Positions 21,103 through 30,584 of a DNA stretch of 64,000 bases are shown one piece after another. The position numbers were made by a program, and so were the translations under genes. Origin of the DNA: an uncultured archaeon (lineage in GTDB: Archaea; Aenigmatarchaeota; Aenigmatarchaeia; CG10238-14). Under the pieces are notes generated by a model. That model was not told the origin of the DNA. It saw nothing but the letters and a program-made list of their open reading frames with translations, and did not search any database. The stretch lies in contig CAYMPD010000004.1 of assembly GCA_964392445.1 (NCBI GenBank), forward strand, positions 1 to 64,000, given 5' to 3'. The first letter of the stretch is position 1; each line of letters starts with the position of its first letter.

Positions 21103-21104
21103 CC
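21034..21104 (+). tRNA. tRNA-His(GTG), atypical or damaged 3' acceptor strand
   Basis: GATGA-TTGTGGC-TCATC anticodon arm, GTTCAATTC T-loop, G-1 and C73. Confidence 0.7.
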
Positions 21105-21129
21105 TTGGTAAAAATAGAGGTGAATAAAA

Positions 21130-21861
21130 ATGAAAAAAATAGGAATAATAGGTGGTATGGGACCTGAGGGAACTGCGGATTTGTACATGAAAATAGTAAG
21201 ATATTACCAGGATAATTTTGGAGCAAAGTACGATAAAGATTTCCCACCGATGATGATCTACAGTGTCCCAATACCTGATCTAGTTGAAAATCTGGAAAAT
21301 GAAAAAATAACTTTGGATATGTTATCTGAGGCAGTGAAGACATTGGAAAATGTTGGTTGCGATTTCCTAGTAATAGCGTGCAACACAGTCCAGTTTCTAT
21401 TAGATGATCTTAGAGAATCAGTTAAAATACCAATCCTGGGAATAGCCGAAATAAGTGCTAGGTTTGTGTCAAACAAAAGTTATAAAAAAGTGGGAATATT
21501 AGGAACAGAGGCAACTATATCTCAGAAAAAAGTTTATGAAAAAGATTTTCAGGAAATTGGGGTTGAATTAATTAAACCAATGAAAGATGACCAAGAAGAA
21601 TTAACTAGAATAATAATGAACCAACTTGCAGGTGAAACAACAAAAAAGGAAAAAGATAACTTGAAGACGATAATTGAAAACTTGGAAACCCGTGGAACAG
21701 AAGCTGTTTTAATAGCATGTACAGACTTACCACCAATAATAAATCAGGAAGACTTTGATATCCCGATAATCGATTGCACACAAGTTTATGCTGATGAGGC
21801 GGCGAGATTATCTACTTTTAAATCTAAATTCAATAATAATGTAGGAGATAATTATGTCTAA
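21130..21861 (+). CDS. PLP-independent amino-acid racemase (Asp/Glu/RacX family), two-Cys
   Basis: IGIIGGMGP, IACNT, IACTDLP. Confidence 0.9.
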   Translation: MKKIGIIGGMGPEGTADLYMKIVRYYQDNFGAKYDKDFPPMMIYSVPIPDLVENLENEKITLDMLSEAVKTLENVGCDFLVIACNTVQFLLDDLRESVKIPILGIAEISARFVSNKSYKKVGILGTEATISQKKVYEKDFQEIGVELIKPMKDDQEELTRIIMNQLAGETTKKEKDNLKTIIENLETRGTEAVLIACTDLPPIINQEDFDIPIIDCTQVYADEAARLSTFKSKFNNNVGDNYV

Positions 21862-23155
21862 TAAATTCCAACCACCAAGAGGGACAAGAGATTTTCTCCC
21901 AGAAGAAATGATACTTAGGGAAAAAGTGTTTGATACTGTGAAAAAGGTTTTTAAAAGATATGGTTATGATCCCGCTAAAACACCTGCTTTTGAAAATTTC
22001 GATCTTTTTGCAATGAAAGAATCAATCGGTGAAGGAGAACAGGATAAATTGTATGTATTCGAGGATAAATCTGAGCGAAAGTTAGCGTTAAGATTCGATC
22101 AAACAGTTCCATTAGCAAGATTGGTAGCCACAAATCCTCAGTTACCAAAACCTTTCAAAAGATATGAGATATCAAGAGTTTGGAGATATGAGGATACAAG
22201 AAGAGGACGTTACCGTGAATTCTGGCAATGCGATGTTGATATAGTCGGTTCAAGAGAAATGTCGGCAGATTCTGAAATAATTGATTGTGCGTTGACAATA
22301 ATGGAAGAATTGGGTTTTGAGGATTGCTACGTTAGAATTAATAACAGAAAATTATTATCAGGGATAATCCGATTTGCAGGAGTTGAAGAAAATAAAGTAA
22401 TAGAAGCATTCCGAACGATTGACAAGCTCGACAAGATTGGGATTGGTGGTGTTAAAAAAGAATTGAATGAAAGGGGAATAGAAGACCAAACCGCAGAAAA
22501 AATAATCGAAATAATAGGATTAGAAGGGGAACCGAGAGAAATATTGTCCAAAGTCAAAGATTATTTTGGTGATATCAAAGAAGGTCTGGAAGGTGTGAAA
22601 GAGCTAGAAGAATTAATTAAGAATCTTGAGATGATGGGAAAAGAAAATGTTATCTTTGACATAAGTCTCGCTCGTGGTTTGGATTATTACACTTCAACAA
22701 TTTTTGAGCTTATGGGAAAAGACGAGAAAATAGGTAGTCTGGCAGGAGGAGGAAGATACGATAAAATGATCGGTGCTTTTACTGGCAACAAGAAAGAAAT
22801 ACCTGCAGTGGGCATAGCATTAGGAATAGAAAGAATAATTGATCTTCTGAAAGAAAGGGGAGGTATTTCCCAAAAAACTTACACCAAGGTTTTCGTAATA
22901 AATGTTAATGATCAAGTAAGGGAAAAATCTGTAAAAATATCCCAAGAACTCCGTCAATCAGGAATAAACACCCAGAATGATATCATGGGAAGACCGCTAA
23001 GTAAACAGCTTGACTATGCCAATTCTCTAGGAATACCTTACACAGTTATAGTCGGTCCAAAAGAAGTGGAATCAAATAGATTCAAACTCAAGAACATGAA
23101 AACAGGAGAAGAAACAGAATTAACTCTCGAAAAGATAATCGAAACTCTTTCTTAG
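21854..23155 (+). CDS. hisS: Histidyl-tRNA synthetase
   Basis: RGTRDF, RFDQTVP, GRYREFWQCD, RGLDYY, GGGRYD. Confidence 0.96.
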   Translation: MSNKFQPPRGTRDFLPEEMILREKVFDTVKKVFKRYGYDPAKTPAFENFDLFAMKESIGEGEQDKLYVFEDKSERKLALRFDQTVPLARLVATNPQLPKPFKRYEISRVWRYEDTRRGRYREFWQCDVDIVGSREMSADSEIIDCALTIMEELGFEDCYVRINNRKLLSGIIRFAGVEENKVIEAFRTIDKLDKIGIGGVKKELNERGIEDQTAEKIIEIIGLEGEPREILSKVKDYFGDIKEGLEGVKELEELIKNLEMMGKENVIFDISLARGLDYYTSTIFELMGKDEKIGSLAGGGRYDKMIGAFTGNKKEIPAVGIALGIERIIDLLKERGGISQKTYTKVFVINVNDQVREKSVKISQELRQSGINTQNDIMGRPLSKQLDYANSLGIPYTVIVGPKEVESNRFKLKNMKTGEETELTLEKIIETLS

Positions 23156-23280
23156 AGTACCATTCCACCCGAGAACATAACGGTTGATTCAAGTACTAAC
23201 CCGCATTTTTGACAGATTAAACCTTCTGAGTTGTATTTGAGATTTGTTGAACCACATTCCGGGCACCTTCGGTCTTGCAT
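23152..23280 (-). CDS. 42-aa stand-alone TFIIB-type zinc ribbon
   Basis: Hand translation MQDRRCPECGSTNLKYNSEGLICQKCGLVLE...; AGGT SD; not in ORF track. Confidence 0.7.
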   Translation of the reverse strand: MQDRRCPECGSTNLKYNSEGLICQKCGLVLESTVMFSGGMVL

Positions 23281-23361
23281 AGTTACTACCTGTATGTGGT
23301 TATGAATAGATAGATATAAAAAGGTTTTTGTGGTGGGCTTTACAAGAAATGGATAGTGTTT

Positions 23362-23601
23362 TTATAGGACTTGCCTTGCTAAAAATTCCATCCTAAATCT
23401 TGATAAATTACTGAAATCGTATTGTGCACAAGTATAACCTGCAGTTGAAGTTCTATTATTTTTAGTATCCCTCAAAGTAACTACAATTCCATGAGGACCG
23501 TATGAAATATCTAATATATTATAACTATCTGGACCTCCAAAGGAAGCCACTTGATTTCGTACATCTCTTCTTAAATCATTTCCATTTCCCATAAAATCCA
23601 T
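23362..23601 (-). CDS. Hypothetical protein
   Basis: 79-aa ATG ORF. Confidence 0.5.
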   Translation of the reverse strand: MDFMGNGNDLRRDVRNQVASFGGPDSYNILDISYGPHGIVVTLRDTKNNRTSTAGYTCAQYDFSNLSRFRMEFLARQVL

Positions 23602-23698
23602 TTAACTTTATTTTAAGTTAGATTTAAATAATCAACAAATCCCTATTTTCCCAATTACTTATAAGTCTTCCTTTCCCTAATTAATGAACGTGATGTAA

Positions 23699-25516
23699 AT
23701 GAATGTTAAAAAAATTGTTTGTGATACTTCTATCATTATTGATGGAAAAATTACTGAAATGTTAGAAAAAGACCAATTAGAAGGTTTAGAAGAATTAATT
23801 GTACCTAATGCTGCTCTTGATGAATTACAAGCTCAAGCTTCAAAAGGAAGAAATGAAGGTTATGTAGGATTGGAAGAGTTAAAGAAGATAAGACAATTAT
23901 GTGAAGAGAAAGATATTAATCTCAGATTCACAGGTAAAAGACCTACTCTCGAGGAAATAAAACTTGCTGGTGGGGGGAGATTAGACGCAATAATTCGGGA
24001 CGCTGCAAAGTTCGAGGACGCCACCCTTTTAACAGCAGATTATGTTCAAAGTTTGGTTGGGGATGCAGAAGGTGTAAAAACAGAGTATATTCCACCTGAG
24101 GAAGAAGAGGAAGGAGAGTTAATTTTTGAAAAATATTTTACCCCAGACACAATGAGTGTTCATCTCAAGGAAAATGTTAAACCAATGGGTAAAAGGGGGA
24201 AACCAGGAAAATTCAGGTTGCAAGACATTGAAGACAAACCATTGACAAAACAACAAATGGAAAATATAATTCGAGATATTGTTGAAAGGGCTAGGAAAAC
24301 CGAAGATACATTCATAGAGGCTGAAAGAGGAGGCTCAACAGTAATCCAAATGGGAAACAACCGAATAGCAATAGCCCGTCCACCATTCTCAGACGGATTC
24401 GAAGTAACAATAGTTAGACCAATAGTAAAACTAACACTTGAAGATTACAAATTATCTGATAAGTTGAAAAAAAGATTAAAAGAAAAAGCCGAAGGGGTTC
24501 TAGTTGCAGGTCCACCAGGATCAGGAAAATCAACCTTCACCGCAAGCCTAGCAGAATTCTACTTCTCCCAGGGAAGAATAGTTAAAACACTTGAGTCACC
24601 TAGAGATCTTCAATTAGGTCCAGAAATTACTCAATACGCTCCTTTGGGTGGAGATTATTTCAAGACATCGGATGTTCTTCTTTTGGTAAGACCCGACTAT
24701 ACTATTTTCGACGAAGTGAGACAACCAAACCACTTCCGAATTTTTGCTGATATGAGGCTAGCGGGTGTTGGTATGGTTGGTGTAGTTCATGCTTCTGAGG
24801 CTGTTGATGCGGTTCAAAGATTTATTGGGAAGATTGAGTTAGGAATGATTCCCCATGTGGTTGATACTGTTATTTACATAAGAGCTGGTCAGATAGAAAA
24901 AGTTTATGAACTAGCTTTGACGGTTAAAGTACCTCATGGAATGACTGAGAAAGACTTAACAAGACCGGTTGTAGTAATAAAAGACTTTGAGACTGGTAAG
25001 TTGATATATGAAATCTATACTTATGGTGAGGAAAATGTCGTTATACCGATTGGGGATGAGGAAGAACAATTGAGTGGTCTTGAAAGTTTGGCCAAAGAGG
25101 CGATTAGAAAGGTTATGAAAAAATACGATCCTCAGGCAGAGATTGAATTTATGGGTAAAAATAAGGTTCAAGTTAGAGTCGATAACGACTGTATTGCTAG
25201 ATTAATTGGTAAGAATGGAAGTAATATCTCCCGAATTGAGGACAAGTTAGGTGTGGGAATAGATGTTGAACCTAAGGTTGCAAGTACAGGTAAGAGAGTC
25301 AAGTTCGAAATAGAGGAAGTGGGAAATAATGTTGTTTTTGACTTTTTAAGATCCTTGAAAGGCGAGATGGTCAATGTTTATATTGGTGATGATTATCTTC
25401 TTTCAGCCACTGTTGGTAAAAGTAATGATGTTAAGATAACTAAAGATTCTCCTGTTGGTAAAAAACTTGTTAAGGCTTTGTTGAGTGGGAAGGAAATTAG
25501 GGTTTTGGGTGTTTGA
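23699..25516 (+). CDS. PIN-domain ATPase with KH domain (PINA-like)
   Basis: DTSIIIDG PIN motif, GPPGSGKST Walker A, FDEVR, LIGKNG KH motif. Confidence 0.9.
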   Translation: MNVKKIVCDTSIIIDGKITEMLEKDQLEGLEELIVPNAALDELQAQASKGRNEGYVGLEELKKIRQLCEEKDINLRFTGKRPTLEEIKLAGGGRLDAIIRDAAKFEDATLLTADYVQSLVGDAEGVKTEYIPPEEEEEGELIFEKYFTPDTMSVHLKENVKPMGKRGKPGKFRLQDIEDKPLTKQQMENIIRDIVERARKTEDTFIEAERGGSTVIQMGNNRIAIARPPFSDGFEVTIVRPIVKLTLEDYKLSDKLKKRLKEKAEGVLVAGPPGSGKSTFTASLAEFYFSQGRIVKTLESPRDLQLGPEITQYAPLGGDYFKTSDVLLLVRPDYTIFDEVRQPNHFRIFADMRLAGVGMVGVVHASEAVDAVQRFIGKIELGMIPHVVDTVIYIRAGQIEKVYELALTVKVPHGMTEKDLTRPVVVIKDFETGKLIYEIYTYGEENVVIPIGDEEEQLSGLESLAKEAIRKVMKKYDPQAEIEFMGKNKVQVRVDNDCIARLIGKNGSNISRIEDKLGVGIDVEPKVASTGKRVKFEIEEVGNNVVFDFLRSLKGEMVNVYIGDDYLLSATVGKSNDVKITKDSPVGKKLVKALLSGKEIRVLGV

Positions 25517-25581
25517 GGGGACATTTTTTTATTAAAAATATTCTAAATTCGAGTGTGGAATACAGATTTAGAAATAAATAA

Positions 25582-25863
25582 TCCAGAGGCCCTAGAATTG
25601 TATTAGAAGTTATTGATTGTGACATTAAAACCCAGAAAAATTTATTAGCAACTTTAACAAATTTAGCTTATTCAAGTTTAGATGGTAGATTTCCAGATTC
25701 TTTCCAGATCGCTTATGATCCACCTGGATAAGAAGAAGTAAACAAAATAATAGATGGAATAAAGGAAACAGTGGAGAAATATGGATTAGAGTACGTTGAA
25801 GTTATACCTTCCTCACTTTTCTACCTGAGAGAAACAATAATTGATTTAAATATTATAACTTAA
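25582..25863 (+). pseudogene. Degraded hypothetical ORF
   Basis: Protein-like frame broken by TAA at 25729; no start codon. Confidence 0.3.
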
Positions 25864-25873
25864 TTATCAAATA

Positions 25874-26212
25874 ATGACAGGAATACCAAAAAGGTATAAG
25901 GGACATACACGTGGACATTTAGTATTTTATGGATCCAGTTCTAGTTCTTGGGAAGATTTAGTTGATGCTCTAGGAAGGAGGGGATATGAGATTGAATGCT
26001 ACAAAGAACTAAACGGTGTTGATAAATTACCGGAAAATCTTTCCTTTGTGAGGGGTTCAAAAATTTATGAAGCAGTAGTAATTTATCTTGGAAATGAAAT
26101 GAAAAGATGTGGTCCTTGGAACCCCTTAATCAATCTTTCAGATGCTAATAATTGGAGTGTAGCTCATAAAAATGTAGATAGAGTTCGAAAACCTGAAAGA
26201 AGAAGATTCTAA
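25874..26212 (+). CDS. Hypothetical protein
   Basis: 112-aa ATG ORF. Confidence 0.55.
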   Translation: MTGIPKRYKGHTRGHLVFYGSSSSSWEDLVDALGRRGYEIECYKELNGVDKLPENLSFVRGSKIYEAVVIYLGNEMKRCGPWNPLINLSDANNWSVAHKNVDRVRKPERRRF

Positions 26213-26490
26213 AACAAACTAAATATCCCTTTTTGAATCAAAAAAACAAAAAATACCACATTAAAGAATCCATTACTAAATCCAAGAAGCAAATAACCAC
26301 CGATACCAGCATCAATAATGCTCACAAAGTTCAAACCACCATAACCAATCCCGAGAATTATTCCGAACAGAATCCCTTTAACAACCAGATAGCCACCAAC
26401 AATTCTGTCAATATTACCTGGAAAAAAAGAAGAAGCTAGCAAGACTATTGAGCAGAAAATATCAAGCAATCCAAGTATTCTTCTTATCAT
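26209..26490 (-). CDS. Small membrane protein
   Basis: About four short hydrophobic segments. Confidence 0.65.
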   Translation of the reverse strand: MIRRILGLLDIFCSIVLLASSFFPGNIDRIVGGYLVVKGILFGIILGIGYGGLNFVSIIDAGIGGYLLLGFSNGFFNVVFFVFLIQKGIFSLF

Positions 26491-26552
26491 AACTAGTTCT
26501 TGTTAGTTAAGAGTTTTATAGATGAAAGGTCAGAATTTTGGAAATATAGCGA

Positions 26553-26852
26553 TTAGTAGCTTGTTGTTTCTATAGGCTTCGAGTCCCCTCTTTCAAATCT
26601 TATTTTATTATAAGAGAATCTTATTAATCCGTCAATATCTAGACCTCTCCTGAGTCTGGGATAGCGAGTATATAATTTATTTATTACCTCTGATTCTAGG
26701 TCTCCCCTGACTGGGAGATATAGATCATCAAATTCTGGAGCTCGTCTATCCTCAAATATTGATTCTATATATTCACCTACAACCCTAATAACAAATTCTG
26801 GTAGAAATTTATCAGAGTCTACATCAAAACTACTCATAGTAATAGATAACAA
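26553..26852 (-). CDS. Hypothetical protein
   Basis: 99-aa ORF, acidic/Arg-rich. Confidence 0.5.
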   Translation of the reverse strand: MLSITMSSFDVDSDKFLPEFVIRVVGEYIESIFEDRRAPEFDDLYLPVRGDLESEVINKLYTRYPRLRRGLDIDGLIRFSYNKIRFERGDSKPIETTSY

Positions 26853-26899
26853 GTGAAACGTTTTATCTCTAACATTTACCTTTTATAGAAAAAATAATA

Positions 26900-28756
26900 C
26901 TACCTAAACAAGAACGAATTTATCATTATCGATATTGTACTGGAAACACTCGCTGCGCATGCTAACAAGGGACTAACAGTTAACCCCAATCCCATCAACA
27001 AACCCGAGGCAATTACAACCGCAGCAAGATTATAGGTATAAGTCCAGAAAAGATTCTGTCTTATTTTGGTCTGTGTAAAATCACTTATTTTTATCAATTT
27101 TTTAACCATTGTTAGATCGTTTCTTGTAAGAACTACATCCGCAGACTCCTTGATCAAATCTAGTTCATTATTAACCGATATTCCAACATCTGCTTGGGCA
27201 AGTGATGGAGCGTCGTTTATCCCATCTCCTATCATTACCAACCGCCCTTTCTCTCTTAATTCTTTGACTATCTCGAGTTTGTTTTCGGGTGTTACTTCTG
27301 AGAATATTTTTTCGATTCCTAATTCTTCTCCTATTCTTTCAGCCTTTGTTTTTGTATCGCCAGTTAACATTATTATTTCATTGCCTCTTTTTTTAAGGAA
27401 TTCCACTAGTTCTTTTGACGCTTCTTTTAATGTATCTTGGAATTCAATCAAACCCATAGGCTTTCTATCCACACACACTATCACAGTATTTTGCAAATCT
27501 TCAGGTAACCCATCCTTTTCTATATTGAATTTATTTAGTAAACTCTCCTTCCCCACATGGATCGTGTGATCTTTGTATCTAGCATAAACACCCATCCCGA
27601 AGTATTCACGGAAATGATCGGGTTCAGGTACTCGTTTATTTTTATCGAGTTGGTCGTACAGAATTTTCACAAGTACATGCGAGGAATTCTTTTCGGCTAT
27701 CAAAAAGTATTTAATGACCTCATCACAACTAAAATCATTCAGAGTTTTTATCTGATCTACCATCCATTTTCCCTCAGTCAGTGTCCCAGTTTTGTCGAAA
27801 ACATAGGTATTAATTTCAGGCAGCATCTCCACACTTCTTGGATTTTTAACAATAATCCCATTCTTAGTCAATGTTATTATTGCGAAAATTATTGCTATGG
27901 GTGTCGCTAGGACTAATGAGGCGTTTGATGATATTACTAGGACAGTTGTTGCTTTTTGTAAGGCGTTATAAGTTGAAACACCCAAGAATTTCCAAATTCC
28001 AAATGTTGCTAGTGATGATAGGATTATGAAGAACATGAATGCTTTGTAAGATTTTGCTAGTCTTTTTTTGTTCTGAGTTTTTGATTCTTCAACATTTTTT
28101 ATCAAGTCCACTATTTGTGAGAGATAGGTATCTTCACCCAATCTTTCAACTTTAACTTTTATCATCCCGTCTATCACTATTGTTCCAGCGATAACTTTAT
28201 CACCTCTTTCCTTTTCCACTTCTTGACTTTCGCCAGTGATTAAACTCTCATCCACGCATGAACTTCCTGAGACTATTTCTCCATCGACTGGAACCTTTTT
28301 ACCTGAGGCGATTATTATGATGTCACCTTCTGATAGACTTTTGATTGATAACATCTTCTCTTTTCCATTTCTTATTACTTTGACTTTTTTGGGTAGGAGT
28401 TTGTATAAGTCGGAAAATGTTTTCTGGATTCCTTGGTAAGTTTTTTGTTCGATTAGTTTTGTAATGTAGTAAATCAGGATCAGTATTCCCGTGATGTAAA
28501 AATAGGTTTTTTGTTGGATTGTCATTCCGTAGATACTGAGAATATAAACCGAAGCTGTACTCAAGAGGACTAGTAGATCAATGTTGTAATCCCCTAAATT
28601 CTCTTTTATGATGTAGTAGGATGTTGTTATTTGGATGATTGTTGTGAGTGTGAGTAGAATAAGTATATTCTCCGGATTAACTATTCCAAGCATTATTACA
28701 GGTAAACCTACTACTAGGTTAACAAGAAACAGGCATGCCAGTAATTTCCCCCTCAT
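26900..28756 (-). CDS. P1B-type ATPase with non-canonical metal-binding site
   Basis: TGES, DKTGTLT, TGD, GDGINDAP; CPC position reads SSN; probable ATG start 28756. Confidence 0.88.
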   Translation of the reverse strand: MRGKLLACLFLVNLVVGLPVIMLGIVNPENILILLTLTTIIQITTSYYIIKENLGDYNIDLLVLLSTASVYILSIYGMTIQQKTYFYITGILILIYYITKLIEQKTYQGIQKTFSDLYKLLPKKVKVIRNGKEKMLSIKSLSEGDIIIIASGKKVPVDGEIVSGSSCVDESLITGESQEVEKERGDKVIAGTIVIDGMIKVKVERLGEDTYLSQIVDLIKNVEESKTQNKKRLAKSYKAFMFFIILSSLATFGIWKFLGVSTYNALQKATTVLVISSNASLVLATPIAIIFAIITLTKNGIIVKNPRSVEMLPEINTYVFDKTGTLTEGKWMVDQIKTLNDFSCDEVIKYFLIAEKNSSHVLVKILYDQLDKNKRVPEPDHFREYFGMGVYARYKDHTIHVGKESLLNKFNIEKDGLPEDLQNTVIVCVDRKPMGLIEFQDTLKEASKELVEFLKKRGNEIIMLTGDTKTKAERIGEELGIEKIFSEVTPENKLEIVKELREKGRLVMIGDGINDAPSLAQADVGISVNNELDLIKESADVVLTRNDLTMVKKLIKISDFTQTKIRQNLFWTYTYNLAAVVIASGLLMGLGLTVSPLLACAASVSSTISIMINSFLFR

Positions 28757-28898
28757 TATTAGAATTAATTGGAAGTGAAACTTAAATTTGGGAGTTGTTT
28801 TTGTGAAAATGTGTACAGGTGTCCATGTTTTGAATTTAAAGTAATTATACAAAAAGATAAAATTATCTAATTCTTTAATAAAACTAGTTACTTAAATT

Positions 28899-29180
28899 CT
28901 ATACGACCTTAGATTCCGTCCTTAAAGTTCTAAAACCTTTATTCCAAAAACGGTTAATCGCAGCTTGATGAAGAGAGGTTGCAAAATAACCTGTTTCACA
29001 ATAATCTCCTCCTCTATCCTGGACAGGTTCATAGCCATCTCCTTCAAAAACCATAGTTTCATATGTTCTTTCATATGTTCCATTTTGCCTCGTTGTTGAT
29101 ACTCTTACAACTCTGTCTCTAGTTCCATCATTCCTTGGTCTACTCATATAGGTTGTTATTTGTTGTATCTGTTGTATCAT
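28899..29180 (-). CDS. Hypothetical protein
   Basis: 93-aa ATG ORF. Confidence 0.45.
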   Translation of the reverse strand: MIQQIQQITTYMSRPRNDGTRDRVVRVSTTRQNGTYERTYETMVFEGDGYEPVQDRGGDYCETGYFATSLHQAAINRFWNKGFRTLRTESKVV

Positions 29181-29374
29181 AGTTTCATTCTATAATGTTA
29201 ATTATTTAAACCTATCGTTTCTCAATTATAACCTCATTATTATCGTGTTTTCACACTTTTATCCTAGTATAATTTTTAGAATACATAATTTTACACAAAA
29301 CTTCAGTCATTTATTGTTAATTATTTTTCAACTTACCCATTAACTTTTTCTTAACTCAAATCGAACTATTAACC

Positions 29375-30583
29375 ATGAGATCAAAGTCCAAAAAAATAGT
29401 GAAAAAAACTCACAAATATTGTGTTAAAGGAACTTATGTTTACCCATTGACAATAAAAACAGGTAAAGGCTGTTACATCCAAGATCACGACGGTAAATGG
29501 TATCTGGACTTCAATGCGAACGTTTCAAGTTGTAATGTTGGTTATGCTCACCCGGAAATCCAAAAGGTTATAGAAAAATACTCCAAACTCGGGGCTCACA
29601 AAATCGCGGGACAAGACTTTTACACTGAAGAACAAGCAAATTTAGCAGAAAAACTAGTTAAAATAACTCCAAGAAAACTAAGAAAAGTATTCTTATCAAA
29701 TTCAGGTGCAGAATCAGTAGAAAATGCGATGAAATTTGCTTTCCGAAAAAAAGGACCATTACCCGGAGTAGGATGTTCAAGAGGATTTCATGGAAGAACT
29801 TTGGGGGCATTGACATTCACAGACAGTAAAGCCGTGCAGAAAAAGAACTTTCCTGAGATTAATCATGAATTAATTGAGTTTTGTACCTCAGATAACGATC
29901 CCAATATCTACCAGCTCGAAAAACTAATCCAAAGAGAATCTACTCCAGCATTTGTTCTCTTGGAATGTGTCCAGGGTGAAGGTGGTTATAGGCCTGCGAG
30001 TAAAAAATTCATTAAGACCCTTAAAAAAATCAGTAAAAAACACAAATTCCCGATGATTCTGGATGAAATTCAATCAGGTTTAGGAAGGACAGGGAAATGG
30101 TGGTCGTTTGAACATTACGGCATCATCCCAGATTTAATCACTTCTGCTAAAAGTCTACAAGTGGGTGCGACAATAACATCGAAAAAATACGACCCTAACG
30201 AAAAAGGTGCGGTATCTTCAACTTGGGGAGGTGGCCATAGAATAGACATGGCTATAGGACTGAAAACAATTGAGATAATTGAAAAGGAGAATTTGCTTAA
30301 GAACTCAGAAAAAATGGGGAATTATATGCTAAAAAGGTTGAATGAGATCAAAGAAAAGTATTCGGTTGATGTAATTGATGTTCGTGGTTTGGGTTTGATG
30401 ATTGGGTTGGAACTAAGGGATGAGAAAAGAAGGAATTTTGTTGTTAAGGATTGCTTTAAGAACGGTCTTCTGCTTTTAGGGTGTGGTTTCAAGACAGTAA
30501 GATTTGCTCCTCCGTTGATAATTACTCGAAAAGAGATAGATGAAGGGTTAGAAATATTTGAGGAAGCGGTTAAGAAGTGTTAA
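29375..30583 (+). CDS. Class III PLP aminotransferase (GABA/ornithine AT-like)
   Basis: SNSGAESVE, FHGRT, QGEGG, DEIQSG, PLP lysine in SAKSL. Confidence 0.9.
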   Translation: MRSKSKKIVKKTHKYCVKGTYVYPLTIKTGKGCYIQDHDGKWYLDFNANVSSCNVGYAHPEIQKVIEKYSKLGAHKIAGQDFYTEEQANLAEKLVKITPRKLRKVFLSNSGAESVENAMKFAFRKKGPLPGVGCSRGFHGRTLGALTFTDSKAVQKKNFPEINHELIEFCTSDNDPNIYQLEKLIQRESTPAFVLLECVQGEGGYRPASKKFIKTLKKISKKHKFPMILDEIQSGLGRTGKWWSFEHYGIIPDLITSAKSLQVGATITSKKYDPNEKGAVSSTWGGGHRIDMAIGLKTIEIIEKENLLKNSEKMGNYMLKRLNEIKEKYSVDVIDVRGLGLMIGLELRDEKRRNFVVKDCFKNGLLLLGCGFKTVRFAPPLIITRKEIDEGLEIFEEAVKKC

Positions 30584-30584
30584 T

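Noticed and set aside
23699-25516. PIN domain as a VapC toxin
   Set aside because: The PIN-ATPase-KH architecture is the conserved archaeal PINA protein, and no antitoxin is adjacent.
29375-30583. Class III PLP enzyme as a third, broad-spectrum racemase
   Set aside because: It retains QGEGG as in transaminases rather than the Asp variant I recall for class III racemases; no contextual support.
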